A DNA stretch of 64,000 nt from a virus: the IMG/VR virus record IMGVR_UViG_3300027709_000056, positions 135,811-199,810 of that record. One strand, 5' to 3'. Of the stretch, positions 18,424 through 28,085 are shown in pieces. The notes beneath the pieces were generated by a model. The model did not search any database and had not been told where the DNA came from. It saw only the letters and a list, made by a program, of their open reading frames with translations. The position numbers and the translations under genes are program-made. How positions within the stretch are numbered: position 1 is the first letter of the stretch; each line of letters starts with the position of its first letter.

Positions 18424-18836
18424 TAGTCACCTTTTTTTACAAAGTTGCCATCGTCGTCTTCAACCCATTCAGCATCTTTCTCTGCTTCTACTACTGGGTC
18501 TGGTGTTACTTCAGTTTTAGCTTCAACTTTTGCTTTAGTTTTGCGTGATGTTTTTGTAGGTTTAGGTACAACAACATCTTCTTTTTGAACTTCGTCAACA
18601 CCACGTCCAGGCACTTCATCTGGAACTGCCTGTGGATGGTCTCTGTAATAATCGGCCATGACTTCTTCACGCTTACGGACAATTTTGCCACCTGGGCCTA
18701 ATTCATCGCCGCGAGCATTTACACGAACATTACCAACTGCTGGAGTTAATTCGTTTTTCTGACGTAAAAGATCCATATCAATAGCTTTACCTTGCATTGA
18801 TACGTGTTGTTTACGTCCAGTTTGTTTAATTGCCAT
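18423..18836 (-). CDS. hypothetical protein
   Basis: ORF with AGGAG SD and TAAATA at 18858-18863. Confidence 0.75.
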   Translation of the reverse strand: MAIKQTGRKQHVSMQGKAIDMDLLRQKNELTPAVGNVRVNARGDELGPGGKIVRKREEVMADYYRDHPQAVPDEVPGRGVDEVQKEDVVVPKPTKTSRKTKAKVEAKTEVTPDPVVEAEKDAEWVEDDDGNFVKKGD

Positions 18837-18860
18837 TTTGGTCTCCTATTATGTACGTAT

Positions 18861-19385
18861 TTATCTCATGAACTCATTGTACTCTAGTCCATACTGGATT
18901 GAGTTAATTTTGTGTATTCCAATTAAGTATAGCACATAACTAGCTACACTTGAACCTCGTCCTACACCCCATACAATCTTATTTTCTCTCATTATATCTA
19001 CCAAATATACAAGAAATCTTAATAAATTAAATAGTCCACGCTTTTTATATTCGTCCATTTCATCACGCACCCTTGTTATTTCTTTAGGTTCAGATGCTTT
19101 GTTTAAAACGTAATTGTAGATATCTAAATCTTTATACTTGTCCGGCATAAACCATTCTGATTGAAGAGCTTCGTCGAACTGTTTTTGATCATATGGGAGT
19201 GGTTGGTATTCTTTTAATGGTAAAAGATCTACACCAAGTTTTTTTAGGTATTCGTTATATAAATCGGCATCACCACTCTTCTCTACTAAAAGTTTAGAAA
19301 GTTTGTCACCTTTTCCTTCATAAATTAAATTTACGATATCAAGCTGACTGAAGCGTGGAACTCCAAGCTCATCTAATTTCATCAT
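18861..19385 (-). CDS. DNA polymerase III alpha (DnaE)-like fragment
   Basis: VWGVGRGSSVASYVLYLIGI matches DnaE [20 protein letters not shown]; ends before the catalytic DxD. Confidence 0.75.
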   Translation of the reverse strand: MMKLDELGVPRFSQLDIVNLIYEGKGDKLSKLLVEKSGDADLYNEYLKKLGVDLLPLKEYQPLPYDQKQFDEALQSEWFMPDKYKDLDIYNYVLNKASEPKEITRVRDEMDEYKKRGLFNLLRFLVYLVDIMRENKIVWGVGRGSSVASYVLYLIGIHKINSIQYGLEYNEFMR

Positions 19386-19396
19386 ATTAACTTATT

Positions 19397-19624
19397 TTAA
19401 CTGATATCAACAAGTTTGTCAAGATCTTTATTGCCGGAATTGTTCATTCTAGCTTTAATTTGGCGTTCACTCACTTCTAGTTTGTGGGCATTTAGCATTA
19501 AAGAAATTTGTCTTTTTGCTTCTGGGTTCCGGGTTTGGAAATATTTTTTGGTAAGCTCTGCGATTTTTTCATCGATTTCTTTATCAGAGAGTACCGCTAA
19601 ATTTTCTGCTAAAGGATGGATCAT
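19397..19624 (-). CDS. hypothetical protein
   Basis: Helical ORF in gene string. Confidence 0.7.
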   Translation of the reverse strand: MIHPLAENLAVLSDKEIDEKIAELTKKYFQTRNPEAKRQISLMLNAHKLEVSERQIKARMNNSGNKDLDKLVDIS

Positions 19625-19634
19625 TTATTACCTA

Positions 19635-20201
19635 TTAAGTAAACGTACTAACATAGTGACCAAATACTGTAGTTCCACCGTCTGAAGTCCAAAAGTCAAT
19701 AACCATTGGATTTACATTACTTGCTACGACAAATGGGCTAGGAAAACTAGCATCGTATTTAATTGTTCCACCACCTGATGTTGCCCAAGTAACTGTTCTT
19801 GCAGTACTGTCACCTAAAGTATCTAATAACATTAATCTTATTTTACCAACTTTTCCTGCCGCTGGCCAATCAGTAAAAGTTAGTGTAATATTTGCACCAA
19901 TAGTAAATGTTTGGAAATTACCATTAGTGAAACTAATATTTTGAGGTCCAACTACTGTTCCACCTGCATACAGTTTTTCTGTATTAGCAGTAAGTGTTGC
20001 ACCAGTAACTTCATTACCTAGAAAGTCATTATCAGCATTAAGTTTAGCCGTGTTTGTTTGTAGATCTTCGATTTCACTTTTGGCCGCAGTAAAGTTGTTC
20101 TTTATTGTGCTAAAGTTATTACGAAACCCTTGGCTATCGTTATCCTGGCCTGCTATAGGATATGTAGCATCAATGCTTGTATTGTCAATATTACTTGCCA
20201 T
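19635..20201 (-). CDS. virion structural protein
   Basis: T/N/G-rich; N-terminal DSQGFRNNF coiled segment; TAAATA at 20224-20229. Confidence 0.65.
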   Translation of the reverse strand: MASNIDNTSIDATYPIAGQDNDSQGFRNNFSTIKNNFTAAKSEIEDLQTNTAKLNADNDFLGNEVTGATLTANTEKLYAGGTVVGPQNISFTNGNFQTFTIGANITLTFTDWPAAGKVGKIRLMLLDTLGDSTARTVTWATSGGGTIKYDASFPSPFVVASNVNPMVIDFWTSDGGTTVFGHYVSTFT

Positions 20202-20235
20202 TATTTTTCCTCTCTAGTATATATATTTATCGCCT

Positions 20236-23200
20236 TTAAACATTAAAGGCATAGTTCCCGAAGGGAATATATTGCTCATAGCTATTTCCTTCGGTTGCGT
20301 CTATTATGTATCTATCAATTTCAAAGTCTAATTGTCTAAAATTGAACTCGCTATTAGCGATATTTAGTAATATAGTAGCACTAGTTCCTGGTTTACAGTA
20401 GCATAATGGAACACCTGTAACAAATCCTAGCTCTTGTACTGAATTGCTTTGGGAAGTAGTCATCCATAATGGTAAAAAGTCACGTTCTGTAAGTCCAACT
20501 GTTTTTATATTATTACGCATATTTGTAACATTACTAATATATCGTTTACTGTTAGTAATATCACTAATTTGTATAGCATCACTATCTGTTTTAATTGGTG
20601 TACCTTGAGGTCTCCATCTAAATGGATCACTTGTTGTTGTAGCAATTTGTTGGGCAGTTACAGTATCACCATTTAATAACTGAACTGTTATGACACCGTT
20701 CGCATCATAAATTACAGTTCCTGTTCTAGTAATAATTTCGAGATCGTTACCAAATGCTAATACTTGAATAATCTGTCCTGTTGCATTTACAATTTCAAAT
20801 ACGGCTACACCTGCTCCTTGTTTAGTAACATCATCAAATGCTTCATAGTCTACACTATCAACTGTAATTTGCTCTTCAGTTTTCATTCTTACTGAAGATT
20901 TAACGTCAGTAGATCCTGTTGATTCATACGGGTCAAATACTTCTAAATAAACTACTTCATATTCAATATCGTTACTACCGGCTTTTTTAGCAACCGCAGT
21001 TTTAACTTGACCTAGTTTAAATTGTTTTCTAGAATGATTCTTTCTTGATACTGCAACATATTCTCTAATAGATTTTGTTTCAATTCCAGCATATATTAAC
21101 ATTTTAATTTGTTTTTGTAAACCAAACGAAGGATCATTGGGTCTGTAAATACTTGCAGGTGTAAAGATATTAGGATCACCAATAAAGTTATTATAAAGAG
21201 TTCGTTGTGCTGGCTTCATAAAAGGCTTAACAGATATATTACTATAAGTTATATTATCTGGATCACTAACTACAACATTAAATTCTCTTGAAATAGCACT
21301 GAATCCAAAACGGTCTCTTGCTTCTATAGTAAATCTAAATTTTCTATCTAAAGTAGTTGTAGAACCATCTAGTTGAAATGCATTTTTATCAATTGTTGAT
21401 AATCCTTTTTCCCATAGTTCTGATTCTGAGTTAAATTTTCTAAACTGATTAACTTTACCAACAAGTTCTCCATTTGGATTTAATTTTAATCCTGGAGGTA
21501 ATTCGCCAGCAGTAACTCTATATAATAATGCACTAAGAATTGATTGGTCAAGTATTTTTGCTACAACACTAAACGTACTAACAAAGTTTGCATTAATACT
21601 TCCTAAACTTGCGGCAGTTGTCCATTCGATAGAAGTTTCTACTTCTCCTAAAATATTAACTGTAAATGTTTTTGGCTTTTCTGCTAATAAAACATTTGCT
21701 CCAGTAAAGCGTCTTGCTTTAACTGTAAATTTATATTCTTTTGTAACTGCTGGTTGATAAGGAACTCGTCCTGCAATTTCTCCTGTAGCAACATCTAATA
21801 CCATTCCTGGAGGCAACACACTAGCAGAATTATCATCGTTGTATTGTTGTAACTCATATGACAATGCACCAACAATAGTATTTGGATCAAATACATCTAA
21901 GTAAATTGTTACATAATTGTTTGCTCGTTTATATCCTATGTTAGCAGGAGTTAACCAAACTGGAGTTCTAAGGAATGTATTATCAGCTGTAAATATTCCT
22001 GTACCAACTTGCATAATTGTATTATCTGCACGTAAGAAATCATCTCCAACTAGGAATATTATAAATTTTCTTTTTTCAACAGTATCACCGTCACTAACAC
22101 TTACAGTAAATTCAAAAAATCTATTAAGTTTCTTTGGACTTTGAGTTTCTATAGCAGAGTCATAACCTTGCGTATCATAAAAATAACTTTCGTATCCGTT
22201 AGCACTTCTTAAACCAAAGTCGAATGGATATTTGTCAAATATTGTAGTATCATAAAATCCGCTACCAGCCGCTAAATCTAATGCTAAAATAGGTTCAACA
22301 ATTCCAACAAGTCTACCATCTTTAGTTAATTGTATTCCTGGAGGTAATACGCCATCTCCATCTGCGAGATAATATTCTAAATTGTCTCCTGCTGGTAAGT
22401 CAGGATCAATTGCTTCAAGTTGAAAATCAACAATACTGCTATCGATAATGTAAAAAGAATTATTAGGACCTATTGGAAGTTTACCTTCGTTAGTTGTCCA
22501 AACTGGAGCATCAGGTCCATTTACAGTAATTTTATATGTTCTATCTTGAATACCTGCGGCATTTGTAGCACGTAATACAAATTCGTATTCTGTACTACGT
22601 TGAACTTCGAATGGAGTTCCTACAACTTTATTTTCTTCTAATCGCATTCCTGGCGGCAATGTACCACTTATTAAACTTACAATGTTAGTATTAAGTGTAA
22701 ATGTTGTTGTTGATCCTGCTTCTAAATAAATGTCAGGAGTACTAACGTATGCATACGCCATAAAGCTCTTTACAATTACTTTCATAAAGTCTTCTAGAGT
22801 ATGTGCCGCACCAGCTTTATAATGAGTTACTTGTCCACCTAAGTAACTGTAATAATATGTAGCATTTGTACCATAAAATATTCCGCCTGCATCTGGAATT
22901 ATAGCACCTGTGTATCCTTGGCTTTTTGCTAAAGCATACGTAGAATCTTGTGCAGATAAAAATGTTACACCATTAGCAACACCACCACTATACGGAATAG
23001 TTGTATCAGTTGCTCCGTGAATAGTTAATAGTCTTTTATTTTGTAATGGAACTGTTGCTGTGTTATAGTCAGAAGCTGTATTACCAGTCTCTCCTGATGG
23101 AAAATAAAATATATCATTTCGGTATTGTGGGTCAAATAGTTGTGACGCAATTGTTACATATGAATGAACATCAGGATCGTCAATTTCAAGAAATGCTCTA

Positions 23201-23736
23201 TGCACCATTGCTGACCCGAGGCCGAATCCAATAAATTTTATTCTTGTTTGATCAACATTATTAAAACCTTTTAATGCTGTAATTAAATCTTTAAGCATAT
23301 CTATATCAGGTGCTTTAGACGTTTCAGTTGCAATATTCCAAGAACTGAGATAGCCAGTTGGAGCAACTATAATATGATCGCCTACATAGTTTTCCCATTC
23401 AGAAATTTGAGATGTTCCATCGCTACCATCGTCGTGTAGTATAATAGCTACTGGAATTTTTTTACCAGTTAATGCCGGAATAGTAGGTGTTCTAATAGCT
23501 ACAGGATATGTATAGCCGCTAGGTTGTTGTGACCAAGTTTTAGTTATACTTAGGTCTGTTGAATTTGTTAATGTAGGTAATGGTTCGCTACTTAAATCTG
23601 TTATGTCAGGTTTAAATAAAGACCCAAGATCTTCACTTGACGCATCTAAAGGTAGAGTAATTGATGTTGTTACCCTTTCCTCTAGTGTTGCTAGTGTGTG
23701 TCCTGATAATTCTGTCCAAACTGGTAAATTTGCCAT
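20236..23736 (-). CDS. baseplate/tail protein with Ig-like repeats and an inserted alpha/beta-hydrolase domain
   Basis: Repeated PVW..LPPG(M/I/L).L...G.(V/L).G.P..Y.F Ig-like units; esterase-like block at about aa 75-330. Confidence 0.75.
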   Translation of the reverse strand: MANLPVWTELSGHTLATLEERVTTSITLPLDASSEDLGSLFKPDITDLSSEPLPTLTNSTDLSITKTWSQQPSGYTYPVAIRTPTIPALTGKKIPVAIILHDDGSDGTSQISEWENYVGDHIIVAPTGYLSSWNIATETSKAPDIDMLKDLITALKGFNNVDQTRIKFIGFGLGSAMVHRAFLEIDDPDVHSYVTIASQLFDPQYRNDIFYFPSGETGNTASDYNTATVPLQNKRLLTIHGATDTTIPYSGGVANGVTFLSAQDSTYALAKSQGYTGAIIPDAGGIFYGTNATYYYSYLGGQVTHYKAGAAHTLEDFMKVIVKSFMAYAYVSTPDIYLEAGSTTTFTLNTNIVSLISGTLPPGMRLEENKVVGTPFEVQRSTEYEFVLRATNAAGIQDRTYKITVNGPDAPVWTTNEGKLPIGPNNSFYIIDSSIVDFQLEAIDPDLPAGDNLEYYLADGDGVLPPGIQLTKDGRLVGIVEPILALDLAAGSGFYDTTIFDKYPFDFGLRSANGYESYFYDTQGYDSAIETQSPKKLNRFFEFTVSVSDGDTVEKRKFIIFLVGDDFLRADNTIMQVGTGIFTADNTFLRTPVWLTPANIGYKRANNYVTIYLDVFDPNTIVGALSYELQQYNDDNSASVLPPGMVLDVATGEIAGRVPYQPAVTKEYKFTVKARRFTGANVLLAEKPKTFTVNILGEVETSIEWTTAASLGSINANFVSTFSVVAKILDQSILSALLYRVTAGELPPGLKLNPNGELVGKVNQFRKFNSESELWEKGLSTIDKNAFQLDGSTTTLDRKFRFTIEARDRFGFSAISREFNVVVSDPDNITYSNISVKPFMKPAQRTLYNNFIGDPNIFTPASIYRPNDPSFGLQKQIKMLIYAGIETKSIREYVAVSRKNHSRKQFKLGQVKTAVAKKAGSNDIEYEVVYLEVFDPYESTGSTDVKSSVRMKTEEQITVDSVDYEAFDDVTKQGAGVAVFEIVNATGQIIQVLAFGNDLEIITRTGTVIYDANGVITVQLLNGDTVTAQQIATTTSDPFRWRPQGTPIKTDSDAIQISDITNSKRYISNVTNMRNNIKTVGLTERDFLPLWMTTSQSNSVQELGFVTGVPLCYCKPGTSATILLNIANSEFNFRQLDFEIDRYIIDATEGNSYEQYIPFGNYAFNV

Positions 23737-23775
23737 TATGCTTTATATCCCTTAACTTACAGTATTTATCGGATA

Positions 23776-24801
23776 TTAAGCATACTTGTCTAGATTGTTT
23801 TCGAACTCATGTAAACGCTTCCATATACTGCGAAGCTCTGTAATAGTGGTCCAGTTCTCTAAAAATAATGCAAATCCACCATGAACCTTCTGGAAAGCAT
23901 TTGATACTTGCACAACTACGCCTAATAGTATAGCACCTGTAAATAAACTAGGTCCAACAATTAAGTACGGTACAATTATCATAAATTGATCGTAAGTAAT
24001 ACGCCAAGTATCAAAGTACCCATAATGCATATAAAGTCTATGATAATTGAAGCGTATACCAGTGAATAAACTCCATAGTGTTTCCGGTTGTGCATAATTG
24101 TCTTTGTCATCTTCACCTAATACTAAATCTTTTCTAAATGCGGCTTCTACTTTTTGATTATTATATTCAAGCCCTGGAAGTTTCCATCCAACAAACCATG
24201 AAATAATAATACCGCCTAATGATACAACTAGAGCTGTCCATACTAACGAACCTGGAATATCACTAAAGAACGGAATTGTAACTGCACTACTTAATGCCCA
24301 TAAAACAGGAATAAAAGCTACTAACGTCATTATAGCTCGTACAACTTGTAATCCTAAATTTTCAACGATGCGAGCAAATCTATTACAATCTTCTTGAATA
24401 CGCTGACTAGCACCTTCTATTTCAGTTTCAACATTACGCCAACGTGGAATGTAATTAAATGTAATTGCTTCACGCCAACGTAATCCATATAAGCGGGTAA
24501 ACCATCCTGTTGCAACTGCCAATATAACGTAAGGAAATGCCAGTACAGCGAAAGATGGTTCACCTTGAAATCCATTAAACCAATAATCGAAACTAATTAA
24601 TTTGTTGTAAAATAATGCTGTACCTACGTCAGCTTTATCTTTATACTCGCCTGCTGTTTGTAATAAGTTATAAAAGCCACCGTACCATGTGTTTATAGCT
24701 ACAGTTATTTGTACTTGTACCCATAAAGATATGGCAAGTAAACTACCGCCGCCCCAGGCCCACAAAGCCCATTTACGACTTTTGTAGAAAGCGCCTAGCA
24801 T
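23776..24801 (-). CDS. sbmA: SbmA/BacA-family peptide transporter
   Basis: IEGASQRIQEDCNRFARIVE...AIMTLVAFIPVL matches the SbmA signature; multiple TMs; no ATPase domain. Confidence 0.88.
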   Translation of the reverse strand: MLGAFYKSRKWALWAWGGGSLLAISLWVQVQITVAINTWYGGFYNLLQTAGEYKDKADVGTALFYNKLISFDYWFNGFQGEPSFAVLAFPYVILAVATGWFTRLYGLRWREAITFNYIPRWRNVETEIEGASQRIQEDCNRFARIVENLGLQVVRAIMTLVAFIPVLWALSSAVTIPFFSDIPGSLVWTALVVSLGGIIISWFVGWKLPGLEYNNQKVEAAFRKDLVLGEDDKDNYAQPETLWSLFTGIRFNYHRLYMHYGYFDTWRITYDQFMIIVPYLIVGPSLFTGAILLGVVVQVSNAFQKVHGGFALFLENWTTITELRSIWKRLHEFENNLDKYA

Positions 24802-24813
24802 AATCTATAAACG

Positions 24814-25689
24814 TTAAACGCTTCGTTGTTGTTTGGTAGAATTACCAAATATGTAAGGATAGACAGGTTGGAAAGTTGAATTAACTGACACGTAATACGC
24901 CCATGTCCCGTTTGGATAGTCAGGTGTTTTAGAATATCTTCCGTTGTATTCATCTAATGTACCTGTGCTTACTTGATATTCATGATCATTAATAAAAGTA
25001 CCAGCCGCCTTTTCTGCGTATGAAAAGCCACGCCCTGTAGGTTCTGTAGTATAATATTGATATGAACTAGTCATTCTAATTACTGACGAAAGTACGTTTG
25101 TTGGATCTGAATAACTGTATGGTCCGTAAATAGGATATCCATCAAAACAATATCCAACAATTTTGCTGTGACCGTCTGCGTGTCTAAAACTGTCTCCACC
25201 AAAATCAGTTGCAGTATAATATGTTGGTGTTGGTGTTGCTCCAGTTAACATTGTAGAGCTCCAAGCCGCCGCCGACTCCGTTGATCCTGTTGGTAAAAAC
25301 ATAAACATAGCAGAGTTATAATGATACTGACCATTTGTTTCTGGCCACCCACCTGCATCGTCGGCACCATAGTTTGATCTAAATTGTACTGCATTATATT
25401 CAAAACCGTCACCCGGTTTATCTGTATTAGGATCAAGTCCGGGTGGAATAATTTCAGGACCTACTGACGGGTTGAATAATGCAACTCCGTTGTTAGAAAT
25501 TCCTATTGGTGTTAATGGAACAGTTGCCTGTGCATTAGTAGTATTTTCTCCACCGCGGTATAGAATAGAATAATTATATGTTTGTGCTTGAGCAGTATTA
25601 ACGTTTGGTGAGAATACATTATTGCCGAAAGCATTACCGAATGCCGCCGGATTAGGTAAACCATTTGATGTAATTGTTAATGTTGCCAT
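24814..25689 (-). CDS. YHYH-domain protein
   Basis: IGISNNGVALFN, GQYHYN, IVGYCFDGYPIYGP, LDEYNGR...YYV. Confidence 0.8.
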   Translation of the reverse strand: MATLTITSNGLPNPAAFGNAFGNNVFSPNVNTAQAQTYNYSILYRGGENTTNAQATVPLTPIGISNNGVALFNPSVGPEIIPPGLDPNTDKPGDGFEYNAVQFRSNYGADDAGGWPETNGQYHYNSAMFMFLPTGSTESAAAWSSTMLTGATPTPTYYTATDFGGDSFRHADGHSKIVGYCFDGYPIYGPYSYSDPTNVLSSVIRMTSSYQYYTTEPTGRGFSYAEKAAGTFINDHEYQVSTGTLDEYNGRYSKTPDYPNGTWAYYVSVNSTFQPVYPYIFGNSTKQQRSV

Positions 25690-25703
25690 AAGTCTTTATC
25701 CTT

Positions 25704-26411
25704 TTATATAATTATATTCCCTGCGTCAAATGACCTAGAATCTGGTACTAAATAACTTCCAAAATCAATATCAATTTCTGCAATTAACCAATCAATTAAA
25801 CTTGCAATAGTATTGTTCATATTTCCAAAATTAAATCCTGCTGTATTTGGAGCCATTAATCTAACATCAATACCATGTACTAATCCAGTTAAATCTCCTA
25901 GAACAGGACCTACAAAATTACTTGCAGTTAATGTTCCACCGTTAATTAAGTTATTACCGTTTGCATCTAAACTGCCTCCTAATGCAGGAGTAGTATCAGT
26001 AGAAAGTTCTGTAATTGTGCTAACAGTTAATACATTACCAGCAAGTGCCGTAGTTGCACCATTACCACCTTGAATATTTAAAGTACTACCGTCAGCTAAT
26101 TGTATGCTACCACTATCAGAAACAACATTAAGTTGTTGAAGTCCACCTAATGCATTAACTGTAATGCCATTAGTTGAGCTAGTTAACGTAACATTAGCAC
26201 CTTGTACTATTTTTTTAAATTGTAAATCAGAGCCAGCTTTTTGATAAAACACACCTTCACCAACGTTGCCTAAATTACTTGCAGTTGTTGATTCTGGTGA
26301 ACGTAAGTCTAGATCTTCAAAATTCTGGTTAGTTTTAATAAACGCTTCGCGTAAATCATCACCTGTGCCGTCGTTTGCTAGTGTTCCTATGTTTATCGTT
26401 TGTATGGCCAT
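25704..26411 (-). CDS. virion protein with T4 gp9/gp10-like N-terminus
   Basis: INIGTLANDGTGDDLREAFIKTNQNF motif; TAAATA at 26430-26435. Confidence 0.75.
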   Translation of the reverse strand: MAIQTINIGTLANDGTGDDLREAFIKTNQNFEDLDLRSPESTTASNLGNVGEGVFYQKAGSDLQFKKIVQGANVTLTSSTNGITVNALGGLQQLNVVSDSGSIQLADGSTLNIQGGNGATTALAGNVLTVSTITELSTDTTPALGGSLDANGNNLINGGTLTASNFVGPVLGDLTGLVHGIDVRLMAPNTAGFNFGNMNNTIASLIDWLIAEIDIDFGSYLVPDSRSFDAGNIII

Positions 26412-26432
26412 TTTATCTCTCTTCTAACATAT

Positions 26433-28085
26433 TTATCCTATACCAGGAGTACTATTTCCGCTTGTTCCTGAATAACGTATAGGGTTCTTGGAATTATAAG
26501 GCCAGTAAAGTATTCTATTTGGTGCTCCATAGCGTCTTGGAATAGTATTATATGCACTAAAATCTGTTGTAGTACCTGTATCGTATGAATTTGCTGTACT
26601 ATTTTTTGTAAGAAAATCTTTAAATTGTTGAGCAGTTCCGCCTGGATTTAATTGTAACCATAAAGCACCTATTCCAGTTATTTGTGGAGCCGCCATAGAT
26701 GTTCCACCTATTCTTGCTATTTTATATGCACCAAAGCTGTCTGGATGATACTGTACACCTCCATAACCGCTTATACTACTAGTTGCACTTGTAATATCGT
26801 CACCAGCCGCCATTATATCAATGCGTGGTCCACGTTCGCTATCTTGTCTTATAAATTCTTCAGTTCCATATTGAACTCTGTCCATATTTGCTACCCATAA
26901 AGTATTGTCACTATGTGGTGAACTAGGACGGTTATAATAGATAGGCGTGTCTGCTGGTACTCCAAGTTGGTTCGCAGTATCTAATGTATAATAGCTATTA
27001 TAAATGTCACTATAGTAAGGAGCATTAGCACCTGCACATGGATGGTATCCATTGCCAGCCGCCTTAACGCAAATTATACCTGGTGTATCTGTTAATTGTT
27101 CTTGTTCAACATCAGCGGCAGTATTTACGTTTGGATGTCTATTGTTTATTGCACCCCATTGTGTAAATGTACCTGAACTCCATACTTGAGGAGTGATACT
27201 TTGATCTACTCCTTGATAAAATAAAGTTTTTACTTGTTTTCCTAAACCGTCATCATAATACCAACCGTAGCCCCAACTTTGATTTACAATAGTAGGACGT
27301 CTATATCCTGTAGCAGGATCAATTGGTTTGTTAAGATGCCAAAGTCTAATAACATCATAAATGTCGTTGGAATTTAAAGCGGCTGTTCCACCAAATACTC
27401 TTACGGAATAAATTTTTGCATTTTTGGCCCAACCGTAATCATAACCTGCGGCAATTCCTGCTACGTGACTTCCGTGTTGTCCTGCATTATTACCATCCGA
27501 ATAAGCGTTGGTATAATGACTTGCAGGCATACAACCTGAAATAATTGTATTCCAGTCTAGTTTTACAAATCTTGAATTACCTTCAGCATCTCTCCATGAT
27601 GGGTGACAGTTATAAGTTTCACTTTCTGCAGGTTCAATGCCGTCATCTTGTATAACAATGTCAACGCCGGTACCATCTACTGTATAATTATAATCGCCTG
27701 TATATGTATTAACTGCCGTTGCTGAATCAAATTCTTTAATAATATGTCTTCTTAATCCCCAATTAACTGCATCTTGATCATTAGATGTTGAACGATCAAA
27801 CTGGGCAGTTTGTGTTGCAAATAAAAATCTTGATTCAGCAGGTGGTTTCATTTCTACTGCATGAATTCTTGGATCTTCTGATAACTTTGCCGCTTCGGCA
27901 TCAGTCATCATATAATGAGTTATTCTATCATTAGCTTTTTTGGCGTATTTTACATCAACAGTTCTACCTGGAATACTATCACTAACAGATCCATCACTTG
28001 TAGTATCCCTTTCTAAGTCTTGTTCTATTTCTGCAATATCAATACCTTTTTTAGTAACAACAAGATATTCTTTTTCGTCAGCCAT
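26433..28085 (-). CDS. subtilisin-like S8 serine peptidase
   Basis: Triad motifs VIQDDG, HGSHVAG, GGTSMAAP; oxyanion AAGN. Confidence 0.92.
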   Translation of the reverse strand: MADEKEYLVVTKKGIDIAEIEQDLERDTTSDGSVSDSIPGRTVDVKYAKKANDRITHYMMTDAEAAKLSEDPRIHAVEMKPPAESRFLFATQTAQFDRSTSNDQDAVNWGLRRHIIKEFDSATAVNTYTGDYNYTVDGTGVDIVIQDDGIEPAESETYNCHPSWRDAEGNSRFVKLDWNTIISGCMPASHYTNAYSDGNNAGQHGSHVAGIAAGYDYGWAKNAKIYSVRVFGGTAALNSNDIYDVIRLWHLNKPIDPATGYRRPTIVNQSWGYGWYYDDGLGKQVKTLFYQGVDQSITPQVWSSGTFTQWGAINNRHPNVNTAADVEQEQLTDTPGIICVKAAGNGYHPCAGANAPYYSDIYNSYYTLDTANQLGVPADTPIYYNRPSSPHSDNTLWVANMDRVQYGTEEFIRQDSERGPRIDIMAAGDDITSATSSISGYGGVQYHPDSFGAYKIARIGGTSMAAPQITGIGALWLQLNPGGTAQQFKDFLTKNSTANSYDTGTTTDFSAYNTIPRRYGAPNRILYWPYNSKNPIRYSGTSGNSTPGIG

